Assembly (NCBI GenBank): GCA_005773635.1
Contig: SXHN01000035.1
Coordinates: forward strand, 11,594-75,593
DNA length: 64,000 nucleotides
Direction of reading: 5' to 3'
DNA from: Actinomycetota bacterium
GTDB lineage: Bacteria; Actinomycetota; Acidimicrobiia; IMCC26256; PALSA-610
Shown here: one piece after another, positions 43,042-52,794 of the stretch
Numbering within the stretch: position 1 is the stretch's first letter
Layout of the letters: each line of letters starts with the position of its first letter
Program-made: the position numbers and the translations under genes
The notes under the pieces: model-generated
Databases searched by the model: none
What the model was told of the DNA's origin: nothing
What the model saw: only the letters and a program-made list of their open reading frames with translations

Positions 43042-43512
43042 TCAGTCGCTCAATCGTTCAATTGCTACATCGAGGACGGTCTCAATGCAACCGCCAGACT
43101 TGATAATGAACCACTCCACCTGCAGATTCACGACTGCGGCCTCGTTATCACCGGACTTGCGAAAATCGCTGCGCAACCCAATCACACGCTTTCGCAGCGC
43201 AGATGCGTAACCGATCTCGGCCGCAGTACCGCTGTCCACGTCGGGACCGTCGAGAAACGCCAGAACCGCATCGCAGGTCTCGATCATTTCGGCATTGCGT
43301 CGCCCGATGTAAGCATTCACTTCAGCGAGACGCGCGGCGCGACGCGGATTTCCCTCGGGCAACGCCAAGATCGCTCCGATCTCGGACGGGAGAGTCCATG
43401 GATCAAGCGGTTCGAAACCAACTTCCCGCAAGGCCGGCAAGACGACCTCGGCCAAGTACATAGCACCCGAGGCAGTGAAGCCCAAAGGACCAGCCACGTA
43501 CACGCGGACCAT
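43042..43512 (-). CDS. Nucleoside 2-deoxyribosyltransferase family protein
   Basis: MVRVYVAGPLGF... and CDAVLAFLDGPDVDSGTAAEIGYASAL match the NDT fold with the D.GT..E.G catalytic block. The ORF extends to 43581. Confidence 0.7.
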   Translation of the reverse strand: MVRVYVAGPLGFTASGAMYLAEVVLPALREVGFEPLDPWTLPSEIGAILALPEGNPRRAARLAEVNAYIGRRNAEMIETCDAVLAFLDGPDVDSGTAAEIGYASALRKRVIGLRSDFRKSGDNEAAVVNLQVEWFIIKSGGCIETVLDVAIERLSD

Positions 43513-43821
43513 CGGCGGATTCTTCACGGAATCATTCTGTCGCAAGAGATTCTGCGTGTCACCTCCAGCGATACACCCCATGCAGTGCGTAAAGATTGCG
43601 GGACTGCCAGGTCCGACTGACGAAGATACGAGATCGGCGCCAAGACCTTGTTAAGCACCGACCTGTGGTGCCTATGAGCGAGCAGCGATTCTCAATGACT
43701 GAAGATCGTCACCGCCATCGCCTGTACCCTGGGTCGGCGGAATGCGTCGTCGCCGAGTTGTGCGACTCATCGCCGAAAACCGTGATCAGGTCGGGCGCAC
43801 ATCGTTCGACCCGAACGCTGT

Positions 43822-44853
43822 CTAATTGATCCGTTTCGCGATGAGATCGAGGAGTGGGTTGTCGTCAATTGGCATCGGCAAGCGGAACCCGGCGTCGCGG
43901 TGCAGATAGCTGATGCGGGTCATGATTGCAGTACTGCGAACCATGGCCAATGTTTCGTACCACTCAAAATGCTGCAGCGCGCGACCCGATACAGATTCAT
44001 AGCGAGCGACGATTGCGGCGCGATCGGGAAACCCCGCGAGATCACGACCGAGCAATAAACGCGTGGTGCTCTCGAGAGTTGTAAGCCACGCGATGTCGTG
44101 TTCCGGAGCCCCAATTGACGTCATGTCCCAGTCGAGTATCGCAAGGATCGAAAGATCATCGCTGAATATCACATTGCCCAAACGAACATCACCCCACAAC
44201 AGCACGGGTTCGCCTTCAACTTCCGGACAATGCGATCGGCACCACATGAGTGCTTCGGTGAGCGTCGCTACCGGCGATCCTGCGCTCGACCAATCTAGGT
44301 AGTCGGACCAGAAATCGAGCTCGGCGTGGTTGTCGCGCGTCGGTACACCTGCGGCAAGCGCAAGGTCCGAACGATGAATGCTCGCGACCGCACCGACGTA
44401 ATTCGTGTGGACCGTCGCTCGTTGCGTTTCGGTGAGCGAAAGCAGCCATGGGTCGAACGCCGCTACTTCGCCAACGATACGACCCTGAATACGCGGCATC
44501 ACCACAAACGGGCAACCGAGCCACTGCTCATCGGTCACCAGCTTTGGCGATGCTACGGGCACGCCAGCATCCGCAGCGGCGTGCTGCGCGATCGTTTGCT
44601 GATACAGGTCGTAGTCGCGAAACGTCGCGGCCGCGGGTGGGGCGAGTCGCACAACGAAATCATTGATTCGTTCGTGTGCAGAGTCTGTTTCGCTGCTCCA
44701 CCCAAGCTCAACGATCACGGTCTCGCTCGTATATCCGACCGACGGGTGTTGTGCGCTCACCACCCGCACATCGCGAACTCCTAGGCGCTGCGCGGTAAAC
44801 GCCGCAAGCGCGGCGCCGATCACATACGGGTCGCGGTGGTTCACTAATGCCAT
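43822..44853 (-). CDS. Phosphotransferase (APH/choline-kinase-like) family protein
   Basis: VLLWGDVRLGNVIF and ILDWDMTSIGAPEHDIAW match the Brenner and DxD kinase motifs. Confidence 0.75.
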   Translation of the reverse strand: MALVNHRDPYVIGAALAAFTAQRLGVRDVRVVSAQHPSVGYTSETVIVELGWSSETDSAHERINDFVVRLAPPAAATFRDYDLYQQTIAQHAAADAGVPVASPKLVTDEQWLGCPFVVMPRIQGRIVGEVAAFDPWLLSLTETQRATVHTNYVGAVASIHRSDLALAAGVPTRDNHAELDFWSDYLDWSSAGSPVATLTEALMWCRSHCPEVEGEPVLLWGDVRLGNVIFSDDLSILAILDWDMTSIGAPEHDIAWLTTLESTTRLLLGRDLAGFPDRAAIVARYESVSGRALQHFEWYETLAMVRSTAIMTRISYLHRDAGFRLPMPIDDNPLLDLIAKRIN

Positions 44854-44932
44854 AGCGCACTCAACATGTCGTCGACGCTCACATTCGGCAATGTAGGCCT
44901 TGCAACGTCGCCGCGGCCTCGCAGCAACTGCA

Positions 44933-45559
44933 TCAAAAATCCGTGCACCATTTCAGCACGGCAGCAACAATGGCCGAAGGCTCGTTGGATTCAAGCTCCA
45001 CCAACTTCGCGTCACCGCCGAACCACGTGATGCGCTCGGCTCGCTCATCCAAGGGTGTGGTCGACGCAGGGGTCTCGATGGCGAGCACCGGCTGATCAAT
45101 TATCGCCCAAAATCGTTGAACAAACGCACTACTCAGATTCACCCCATACCCATACCGAGTGCGCGGGTCGGTTCCGGTCGCCGGCGGTGGTGTGCTCGCC
45201 AACGGATCGTCGACGATGGCACGAAGACTGTCGTAGAACTCATCTATTTGTTCTCGGGCACCCAACCACGGACCGCCCAGCCCGTCGACAATGACAACGC
45301 GACCACACCCTGCGCCCGCCGCGTGCACCAGCGCACAGTGCGCGTGTTCACCTACCCCAACCAATGTCGAAGCGGCCTCCGACGGGAGCATCCAGCGCGC
45401 GAACGAAATCGGAACCATCGGGTCGTAGTGCCCACTACGCGGCGCCGGCGCGATCCCATGCCCAGGTAAATCGGGAATGATCCAGTCCGTTGGAGCTGCG
45501 GCCCGCCATAGCGCTCCCCCGTGCAGATCACCTAGCTCATGCAACAACATCACGGTCAT
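44933..45559 (-). CDS. Alpha/beta-hydrolase-fold-like protein (nucleophile motif degenerate)
   Basis: 208 aa. The sequence has LLHELGD..PDLPGHG but VGVGEHAH in place of GxSxG. The stop overlaps the upstream hydrolase gene. Confidence 0.4.
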   Translation of the reverse strand: MTVMLLHELGDLHGGALWRAAAPTDWIIPDLPGHGIAPAPRSGHYDPMVPISFARWMLPSEAASTLVGVGEHAHCALVHAAGAGCGRVVIVDGLGGPWLGAREQIDEFYDSLRAIVDDPLASTPPPATGTDPRTRYGYGVNLSSAFVQRFWAIIDQPVLAIETPASTTPLDERAERITWFGGDAKLVELESNEPSAIVAAVLKWCTDF

Positions 45560-46458
45560 GCCTCAACCGCACTCTCGACTTCGTCAACAAACTCCGAGAT
45601 TGCAGCGAGTGTCACTGAGGGATTTTCTAGATGCACATAATGACCGGTGCCAGCAACCACGACGTGACGAGCACGCAACCATCCGATCCGTTCTTGCTCC
45701 TCTTCAGCAGTGAGATCACGCCAGGTGTCGTGCTCGGTGCCCGTTATGACCAACACCGGGCACTGGACGCGTCGCTGCTCTTCGGCCAATAGTTCCACGT
45801 TGAAATCGCTCGGGATACCAATACCGAACATCGGGTCGGCCTTCCATACCCATCCGCCATTCGGGCCACGTCGCGTGCCGTGCCGCGCGAGGTGCAACGC
45901 CCAATCATCCGACAAACGCAGATTATTAGCGCCCCGACGCTGCGCCATCTCCTCAACCGAACTCCACTCTCGACGATCGTCGAACACATTTCGATCGGTG
46001 CGGCGCGCGGCATCTTGGATCATCGAACGAATGTCGTCAGGCACGACGAACGCGGCCGGTGGTGGCCCGAGGCCGTCGATCACCACAAGCCACCGAACCA
46101 GTTCGGGAAATGCGCCAGCCAACCCGATCCCTTGCCCGCCCCCAAACGAATGCGCGACGACTCCCACCGGGCCGACGCCGAACGACCGGACGAGCAATGC
46201 GAGATCTTGATGAATCAACGCCCACGCGAAACCCGTGTCGAGCGGCCCACTGTCGCCGTGGCCGCGAAAGTCGATCGCGATGGCGCGGTACCCGAGCGCA
46301 GCGATTTGTGGAGCGATTTCATCGAACATACGGCCGTGGTCGTAAGCACCGTGCAACAGCAACACCGGTGGTGAGCTCGAATCACCCCAACACCAGAGCC
46401 GCAAATTGGTTCGATTGACTGCGACCATCTCCACCTGATCGGGTTCGCGCAGTTTCAT
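45556..46458 (-). CDS. Alpha/beta hydrolase
   Basis: PVLLLHGAYDHG, DFRGHGDS, the nucleophile elbow VVAHSFGGG and a C-terminal GHYVHLE are present. The start is set at ATG 46458. Confidence 0.8.
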   Translation of the reverse strand: MKLREPDQVEMVAVNRTNLRLWCWGDSSSPPVLLLHGAYDHGRMFDEIAPQIAALGYRAIAIDFRGHGDSGPLDTGFAWALIHQDLALLVRSFGVGPVGVVAHSFGGGQGIGLAGAFPELVRWLVVIDGLGPPPAAFVVPDDIRSMIQDAARRTDRNVFDDRREWSSVEEMAQRRGANNLRLSDDWALHLARHGTRRGPNGGWVWKADPMFGIGIPSDFNVELLAEEQRRVQCPVLVITGTEHDTWRDLTAEEEQERIGWLRARHVVVAGTGHYVHLENPSVTLAAISEFVDEVESAVEA

Positions 46459-46548
46459 TTCCGCTGTGACATCCTTCTTGCTGTGATCGGTTCGATGATC
46501 ATTACCGACCAAGGCGACGCAAACGAAATCAATTTCATCAACGCGTCG

Positions 46549-47553
46549 CTACGACAACGCCGCACGCGCCAGCGCGAACACCGATGTATCCACCGTAAGT
46601 TCATTCGCGAGCGAATACCAATAGCCACCAGCAGCCACGAACTGTGGGAGCATACGCAACGTTGTGTCGATTTCCTCCCACGACAGATCCAAGGTAGCGG
46701 GAGAGTGCCGGGTACCAGCCGCCTTCACAATCGCACGGGCTCGGTCCGGCGCATTGTCTTGGAGCGCGGACATGATCAACACTCCTACGGCAACGATTTC
46801 GCCGTGCAGAATCGTGCGACCTGTCACATGCTCAAAGCAATACGCGAAAAAGTGTTCCGATCCTTCCTCAAAGCGCGCATGCCCCAACTCGTGACAGCGC
46901 CAACCGATTTCTCTGTGTTGCTCCATCAGCCGACGTAGGCCCTCGTCGGTAGCCTCGTGAACCAATTCTGCGATTGCTTCCAACTCACAAATCGACGCGA
47001 GCGAAGCAGCCGCGGCAACATCATCCCAAGCAGGGCCGTGGCCATTGCGCACTGCGAGTTCCCAGTCGAAACGCGCAGTATGGCAACTCAACACATCACC
47101 TATCCCTGCCCGGATCATCGCTAACGGCGCTGCACGCATGAGTTCGTAGTCGACGTAGACCATCTCCGGTACTGCATCGCCCTCATATCGAACGTTCGAC
47201 CCATCGCGCAACGCGGTCATGCGCGTGAAACAGGCGTCCACTGATGGAAGGCTTGGCACTTGGTGTAGGGATATCTCACGCCGCCAGTGGATCCACTTCG
47301 CCGTATCCATCGCGCTGCCACCACCGATCCCCACCACAGCATCGGCCCCCGGAAGGTCGCGGGCAAGACCGTCAAGGAACCCCTTCGACAAATCTCCAGG
47401 AGTGACAAGAGCAAGAGGTTCGCTCCCCCAGACATCACGGAGGTGCTCCCATGGTTCGGGATGTGCAACCACAATCGCAGGTCCGATCGCCGCACCAAGC
47501 CGTTGGGCAATGTTGCGACCGTACGAAACCTCGAATGGCGAGGCCGATGTCAC
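46549..47553 (-). CDS. Iron-containing alcohol dehydrogenase / glycerol-1-phosphate-dehydrogenase-like (DHQS superfamily)
   Basis: VVGIGGGSAMDTAKW (NAD-binding glycine motif), GIGDVLSCHTA and HGEIVAVG metal-ligand-like blocks are present. Confidence 0.6.
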   Translation of the reverse strand: MTSASPFEVSYGRNIAQRLGAAIGPAIVVAHPEPWEHLRDVWGSEPLALVTPGDLSKGFLDGLARDLPGADAVVGIGGGSAMDTAKWIHWRREISLHQVPSLPSVDACFTRMTALRDGSNVRYEGDAVPEMVYVDYELMRAAPLAMIRAGIGDVLSCHTARFDWELAVRNGHGPAWDDVAAAASLASICELEAIAELVHEATDEGLRRLMEQHREIGWRCHELGHARFEEGSEHFFAYCFEHVTGRTILHGEIVAVGVLIMSALQDNAPDRARAIVKAAGTRHSPATLDLSWEEIDTTLRMLPQFVAAGGYWYSLANELTVDTSVFALARAALS

Positions 47554-47647
47554 TGGCGTCCGATCTTTGCATGCATAGGCCGTGCGAATCTACTGTGCAG
47601 CCTTCACTCACACTTGCGTTGCCGGCGTCCAGAAAGGCTACGACCCG

Positions 47648-48892
47648 ATGAACACTGACCTTCCGGCTGCACTCGGGGGAACGCCAGTTCGCGGAACTCA
47701 GCAATACCCCCGTTGGCCACAATGGGACGAGGCCGAACGCGCGGGACTCAACGCAGTGCTTGATTCTGGGTCGTGGTGGAGTGGCGATGGTGCGTACGCA
47801 ACAACATTCGCTCGGGATTTCGCGCACTACCACAACGCGCGCTTCGGGCTCGCGCTGACAAACGGAACCCACACGCTCGAGGCCGCGATGGTCGCGTGTG
47901 AGATCGGCGAAGGCGACGAAGTAATTGTTCCTGCGTTGACCTTTGTGGCGAGCGCCGGTGCTGTGCTCGCCGTCAACGCAACACCGGTCATCGTTGACAT
48001 TGAGACCGAGACCCTGTGTATCGACATCGACAAAGCCGAAGCCGCAATTACCGATCGAACCAAGGCGATACTCGGGGTCTATGTCGCTGGCGCGCCACCG
48101 GACCTTGATCGGCTGATCGAACTGTGCGCCCGCAAAGGGATACGCCTTATCGAAGACTGCGCACACGCGCACGGCACGGTTTGGCGCGGCCAGGGTGCCG
48201 GCAGTTTCGGAAGCTTTGGCAGCTTCTCATTCCAGTCTTCGAAACTCATGACCGCCGGCGAAGGCGGCGCATTGATCTGCAACGACGAAACGCTGCGCGC
48301 CAGAGCCGAGAGCTATATCAACTGCGGCCGTAGCGAGGATGGACACTGGTACCACCATCCCAATCTCGGATCAAACTTGCGAATGACAGAATGGCAAGGC
48401 GCGGTTCTTTCGTCGCAACTGGCACGTTTCCCTTCGCAAAATTCCATCCGCAACGCCAACGCGATCAGGCTGAGCGCCGCACTCGCCGAGATTCCCGGCC
48501 TCAGCGCCCAACCGCGCGATCCGCGCATGGATTCGCAAGGCAACTACTGCTTCGTCTGGCATTACGACCGAGAATCGTTCGCAGGGTTGTCGCTACGCTC
48601 CTTCGAATTGGCAATGGAACAAGAAGGAATACCGTTGGGTGTTTCGTATCCGAGCCTCAACACCCTCGAAGTATTTCGTACCGCGAACTTCGGCCCTCGT
48701 CTGCGCAACTCGGCACCCACGACCGACTACGCAGCCTTACACCTCCCGATCGCGGAGCATGCAGCTACTTCGACGGTTTGGATGGAGCATCGAGTGTTGC
48801 TCGGCACGCACGAGGACGTACTCGACGTCGCAATCGCTGCGGCGCGCATTCAACGCAATGCGGCACAACTCACAAAGCTTGGCGCAACATGA
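47648..48892 (+). CDS. DegT/DnrJ/EryC1/StrS-family PLP aminotransferase
   Basis: LALTNGTHTLEAA, VIVPALTFVASA, IEDCAHAHG and SFQSSKLMTAGEGG (PLP Lys) are present. The start is set at ATG 47648. Confidence 0.85.
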   Translation: MNTDLPAALGGTPVRGTQQYPRWPQWDEAERAGLNAVLDSGSWWSGDGAYATTFARDFAHYHNARFGLALTNGTHTLEAAMVACEIGEGDEVIVPALTFVASAGAVLAVNATPVIVDIETETLCIDIDKAEAAITDRTKAILGVYVAGAPPDLDRLIELCARKGIRLIEDCAHAHGTVWRGQGAGSFGSFGSFSFQSSKLMTAGEGGALICNDETLRARAESYINCGRSEDGHWYHHPNLGSNLRMTEWQGAVLSSQLARFPSQNSIRNANAIRLSAALAEIPGLSAQPRDPRMDSQGNYCFVWHYDRESFAGLSLRSFELAMEQEGIPLGVSYPSLNTLEVFRTANFGPRLRNSAPTTDYAALHLPIAEHAATSTVWMEHRVLLGTHEDVLDVAIAAARIQRNAAQLTKLGAT

Positions 48893-49725
48893 CGAACATC
48901 GTGGAGTTCGAACCAGGAGCTGGGCGAGGAGTGCTCATCATCACTGCACACGCCGACGATGCTGCATTATTCCTCGGTGGAACAATCGCGCGTTGGGTCG
49001 ACGCCGATTGGCGCGTCATAGTGGTGCGCGTCACCGACGATCGGTGGGATTCGTATCAAATGAACGAAGCGGAAACGACCATCGCTAACAAACACCAATT
49101 CGATGCCGCGCTCGCCGCGCTTGGCGTCGCCGAGGTTGTCGAGCTGGACTACCCCACCGACACACTCGGCGACGCCAGTGAAGTCGATCTACGAGAGAGA
49201 ATCATCAAGCTGATCCGAACGCACCGTCCGTACGCGCTAGCTACATTCGATCCGTACGCGATGTATCACGAAGACAATCAGGATCACCTCATGATCGCGG
49301 CCGCAACCGACGAAGCATTTTGGACCGCGCAGTTCGACAAACATCACCCCGAGCACTTCGCTGAAGGCCTTGGGCCCCATGGGGTATTCGAACGGTGGTA
49401 TTTCGGGCGTCGCGTCACCGACGTCACTGACGTCGTTGACATCAGCTCCACTATCGACCGCAAGATTTCCGCCGCTCTGTGTCACGACGCCATGCTGCGC
49501 AACCTCGTGCAGCAACTCAAACTGCAAGCGCGGACCGGGGGCTGGCGTATCCCGTTGTTGGACGATCTCCGCAATGGAGACCTTTCGGTACTGATCGATC
49601 CGATGCTTCGTCAACAGGCATCGTCGGTAGGTCATCGATATGGCGTGGCGATGGCCGAAGAATTTCGAGTGGTGCGTTTCGGCGGGTTGAGCGCGTTGCT
49701 AGAAACGCTCGGCGAACGGATCTAA
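48889..49725 (+). CDS. PIG-L/LmbE-family N-acetylglucosaminyl deacetylase
   Basis: VLIITAHADDAALFLGGT and the HEDNQDH motif are present. An ATGA overlap joins it to the aminotransferase gene. Confidence 0.8.
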   Translation: MTNIVEFEPGAGRGVLIITAHADDAALFLGGTIARWVDADWRVIVVRVTDDRWDSYQMNEAETTIANKHQFDAALAALGVAEVVELDYPTDTLGDASEVDLRERIIKLIRTHRPYALATFDPYAMYHEDNQDHLMIAAATDEAFWTAQFDKHHPEHFAEGLGPHGVFERWYFGRRVTDVTDVVDISSTIDRKISAALCHDAMLRNLVQQLKLQARTGGWRIPLLDDLRNGDLSVLIDPMLRQQASSVGHRYGVAMAEEFRVVRFGGLSALLETLGERI

Positions 49726-49854
49726 CCGCCTGCGACCGAAGCACCATCTCCAAGTATGGATCCGAGGCCCGATAGCCGATCGTGGTCGCGAACTAGTCAC
49801 GCCGCCGTTACTGAACCGCGACCACGGTGAACCTGACTGCGCGCGGTGGAGTCG

Positions 49855-50673
49855 TTACAGGCCGTGTGAACCGTGCTCGGCGAGGCACGAGACTTCTTCA
49901 CCCTCTTTGACTTGCCCGCCACCAACACCGGTCAAAGCCGCAAAGGGTCCGCACGCATTGGGCCGGATCCAGACGTGCGCCATGAGGTTCGGTAAACCAT
50001 TCGTGCCATCCGCGCACGGTTCGCCAATCACACGGAACCCGGCCAATCGACCCGACGGCGGCGGGAAAAAACACAAATCTTCGTGCACATGAAATTGCAT
50101 GAGTTTGCCTGCTGCCATGGGGACATTGTCGAGCGTGAAACGTTCGGGCATAAAGAACATCGCTGCTTCGAGCGTACGCACTCCAGTTTGATCGACCTTG
50201 TAGACCAACGACTCCGGTTCCGAAGGATCCAGATACACGTCGTCGTTCATTCGGTCCCAGCGAATCAGGTGCTCTTCGCCCGTCGACTCGTCGCCAACCG
50301 TGACGAAACCATTCGCGAGAGCCTCTTCGTAACTCGACCCCACGGGCAAGATATTGATCGTGTCCACAAGCAACTTCTCGGCGTACTTTTGCTGTTCGGC
50401 TGTCACACCTTCGATCCCTGACAGATCGACGCCGTCGGGATCAAGCGTCCCATCCGGCAGAACCGGCAACGGCTTCGCTGGCTTCGGCGCAGGAACATGG
50501 TGGTCTGGTCCGTGTTCCTTTCCGTGTTCGGTATCGTGTTCACCCGTCGTTGTCGTCGACTTCGGTACCGTCGTGGTCGACGTTTCTCTCGCCGCCGGTT
50601 GCGAGGAATTGCTGCCGCATCCGGCAACCGCAACAACCAAAGACACCATGACAAGTGCGCGAACAGTCTTCAT
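49855..50673 (-). CDS. Secreted lipoprotein of unknown function
   Basis: MKTVRALVMVSLVVAVAGC forms a lipobox, followed by T/H-rich low-complexity sequence. The ORF extends to 50790. Confidence 0.55.
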   Translation of the reverse strand: MKTVRALVMVSLVVAVAGCGSNSSQPAARETSTTTVPKSTTTTGEHDTEHGKEHGPDHHVPAPKPAKPLPVLPDGTLDPDGVDLSGIEGVTAEQQKYAEKLLVDTINILPVGSSYEEALANGFVTVGDESTGEEHLIRWDRMNDDVYLDPSEPESLVYKVDQTGVRTLEAAMFFMPERFTLDNVPMAAGKLMQFHVHEDLCFFPPPSGRLAGFRVIGEPCADGTNGLPNLMAHVWIRPNACGPFAALTGVGGGQVKEGEEVSCLAEHGSHGL

Positions 50674-50740
50674 GTTGCTCAGGCTACTGCCGACTACATC
50701 ACCATTCACAGCGGCGCCGCGCCCTCGGTACGCTGTCGCC

Positions 50741-51793
50741 ATGGCCCCCGACATCGCATCCGACGAGCGTCGCTGGATACAAGCGACCACAGTTGACGGA
50801 TCAGATTCGGCACCCCTGAGCTACCAACAAATCGCTGCGTGGCGCGAAAACGGAGCGGTGGTCGTCGATCAACTCGTGCCAACTGCTCTCGTGTCGCAAA
50901 GTCGCGCTGCGATTATCGCCGCAACGCGCGACGTCGACGACCAGCAACCAGGAGATTTCGGAAGTGGCGGGAGTTTCGTGTTTCCGGCCGAATGCAATGA
51001 GTTCAACCAACTCACGCTTCACCCTCGGCTTCTTGGCGCTGTAGCGCAACTCCTTGGCACCGCGGTGCGCGAGATTCGCCTGACCCAGTCGGATCTGTGG
51101 GTAAAGCGGGGACGAAGCACCGCATTCGACGATCCATATGACAACGATGACCAACGAATACACGTCGACTATCCCAATCATTCCCTCACCCACCCACCAG
51201 AATGGAATAGCCCCGAAGCCGTCGAGGTGATTATCTACGCCGACGACGTCAGCCATTGCGACGGAGCGACTTCAGTGGTATTACGAACCGGCGATGATGA
51301 CCCGGCCTACCAATGGCCAATAGTCGACACGCCTGGCGTCGGCGAACATCCATGGATCAATAGCCGTGGGTATGCAGAAAGTGTGCTGAGAGATTCCGCG
51401 CCGACGGTTGCGCAGTGGCGCGCGGAACACCTCTACGCGCGCGAGCAACACGTGCACTTTCAACCCGGCACTGTGCTGTTGTATCGCCACGACACCTGGC
51501 ATCGCGGCACACCCGTCAGGGCAGGCGCGCATCGAGTCGCGCACAATCTCACATTTCGAAAAGCGGCGAGCGAGTGGATCAGTACATTGCACGAAGGCTG
51601 GGCGTGGGCGATGTACCGCCGCCGACAAACGATGGAACGACTTATCGCAGGCGCGACTGTCGATCAACGCTGCGTGCTCGGATTCCCAAAACCAGGCCAC
51701 CCGTATTGGACCGTACGGACAATCGCAGCAGTCCAAGCCCGGTACGGCCCGCTCGGCATCGAAATGAGCGAGTACTCATCCGCGATGGATTGA
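50741..51793 (+). CDS. Phytanoyl-CoA dioxygenase (PhyH) family Fe(II)/2OG oxygenase
   Basis: RIHVDYPNHSL (H.D) and TWHRGTPV...AHR are typical PhyH motifs. The start is set at ATG 50741. Confidence 0.65.
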   Translation: MAPDIASDERRWIQATTVDGSDSAPLSYQQIAAWRENGAVVVDQLVPTALVSQSRAAIIAATRDVDDQQPGDFGSGGSFVFPAECNEFNQLTLHPRLLGAVAQLLGTAVREIRLTQSDLWVKRGRSTAFDDPYDNDDQRIHVDYPNHSLTHPPEWNSPEAVEVIIYADDVSHCDGATSVVLRTGDDDPAYQWPIVDTPGVGEHPWINSRGYAESVLRDSAPTVAQWRAEHLYAREQHVHFQPGTVLLYRHDTWHRGTPVRAGAHRVAHNLTFRKAASEWISTLHEGWAWAMYRRRQTMERLIAGATVDQRCVLGFPKPGHPYWTVRTIAAVQARYGPLGIEMSEYSSAMD

Positions 51794-51866
51794 ACGCCCG
51801 TCCACCGGACACGGCGAGCGCAACACCGATACTCTGCCGCCGACCCGCCAAACCAGGAGTAACCCA

Positions 51867-52739
51867 ATGGCCGAATCGACCGACACGAACTCAACCGAAC
51901 GCTTCGAGAACGGATTCTCTGGTCGCGTCGCTGTAGTAACCGGTGGCGGCACCGGTATGGGTCGCGAGCTCGTACGCCAACTCGCCGCCGCGGGCTGCGA
52001 CGTCGCGACGTGCGACGTGATGCCCGACAACTTGGCTGAGACCGAAAAACTCTGCGCCGCCGATGGGAGCCCTGGCGCTGTGTTGTCGTTCGTCGCAGAC
52101 GTGTCGAATGAAGACCAAATCATTGCGTTTCGCGACGCAGTCTTAGCCTGGCGACCAGTCGTACACCTACTCTTCAACAACGCTGGAGTGAGCGGCGGCG
52201 GAAGCTTCATCAGCGACGGTCGCGACCAGTGGGACAAGACCTTTGCGGTGTGTTGGAACGGCGTGTATTTCACGAGCCGAGCGTTCATGCCGACGTTGGT
52301 GAGTGCTCCCGTAGGACACATCATCAACACAAGTTCCGTCAACGGCATGTGGGCCGCACTCGGGCCTGGCAATCCTCATACTGCATACAGCGCGGCGAAA
52401 TTTGCGGTGAAGGGGTTCACCGAAGCACTGATCACCGACTTTCGCATCAATGCTCCCCACTTGCGAGCCACACTTGTGATGCCAGGGTGGGTCGGCACAT
52501 CTATTGCGATCAACTCAATGAAATTGCACGGAGCCGACAACAACGGCCTCGCAGGTTTTGGTGAGTTGTTCCGAGACAACGCGCCTGTCACCGCAGCAAT
52601 GGCAGCGCAGCAGATTCTCGGCGCGGTACAACGCGACGAATGGCGCGTCTTGATCGGCGACGACGCACACCGAATCGACGACGCAATCCGGGCCAACCCC
52701 AGCAACACGTTCGAATTCAACCCCTACGCACCCAGTTAA
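51867..52739 (+). CDS. SDR-family oxidoreductase
   Basis: VAVVTGGGTGMGRE, NNAG and YSAAKFAVKG are present. Confidence 0.85.
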   Translation: MAESTDTNSTERFENGFSGRVAVVTGGGTGMGRELVRQLAAAGCDVATCDVMPDNLAETEKLCAADGSPGAVLSFVADVSNEDQIIAFRDAVLAWRPVVHLLFNNAGVSGGGSFISDGRDQWDKTFAVCWNGVYFTSRAFMPTLVSAPVGHIINTSSVNGMWAALGPGNPHTAYSAAKFAVKGFTEALITDFRINAPHLRATLVMPGWVGTSIAINSMKLHGADNNGLAGFGELFRDNAPVTAAMAAQQILGAVQRDEWRVLIGDDAHRIDDAIRANPSNTFEFNPYAPS

Positions 52740-52794
52740 CCCAAATCGCAGCTGCTGGCGCGATTGCGCAATACAGATCCGTTATGTTCTCCAC

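Noticed and set aside
43596-43829. ORF 43596-43829 (+, 77 aa) at the right edge of the island
   Set aside because: It is Arg/His-rich, has no motif, and overlaps the end of the kinase gene. It is probably intergenic.
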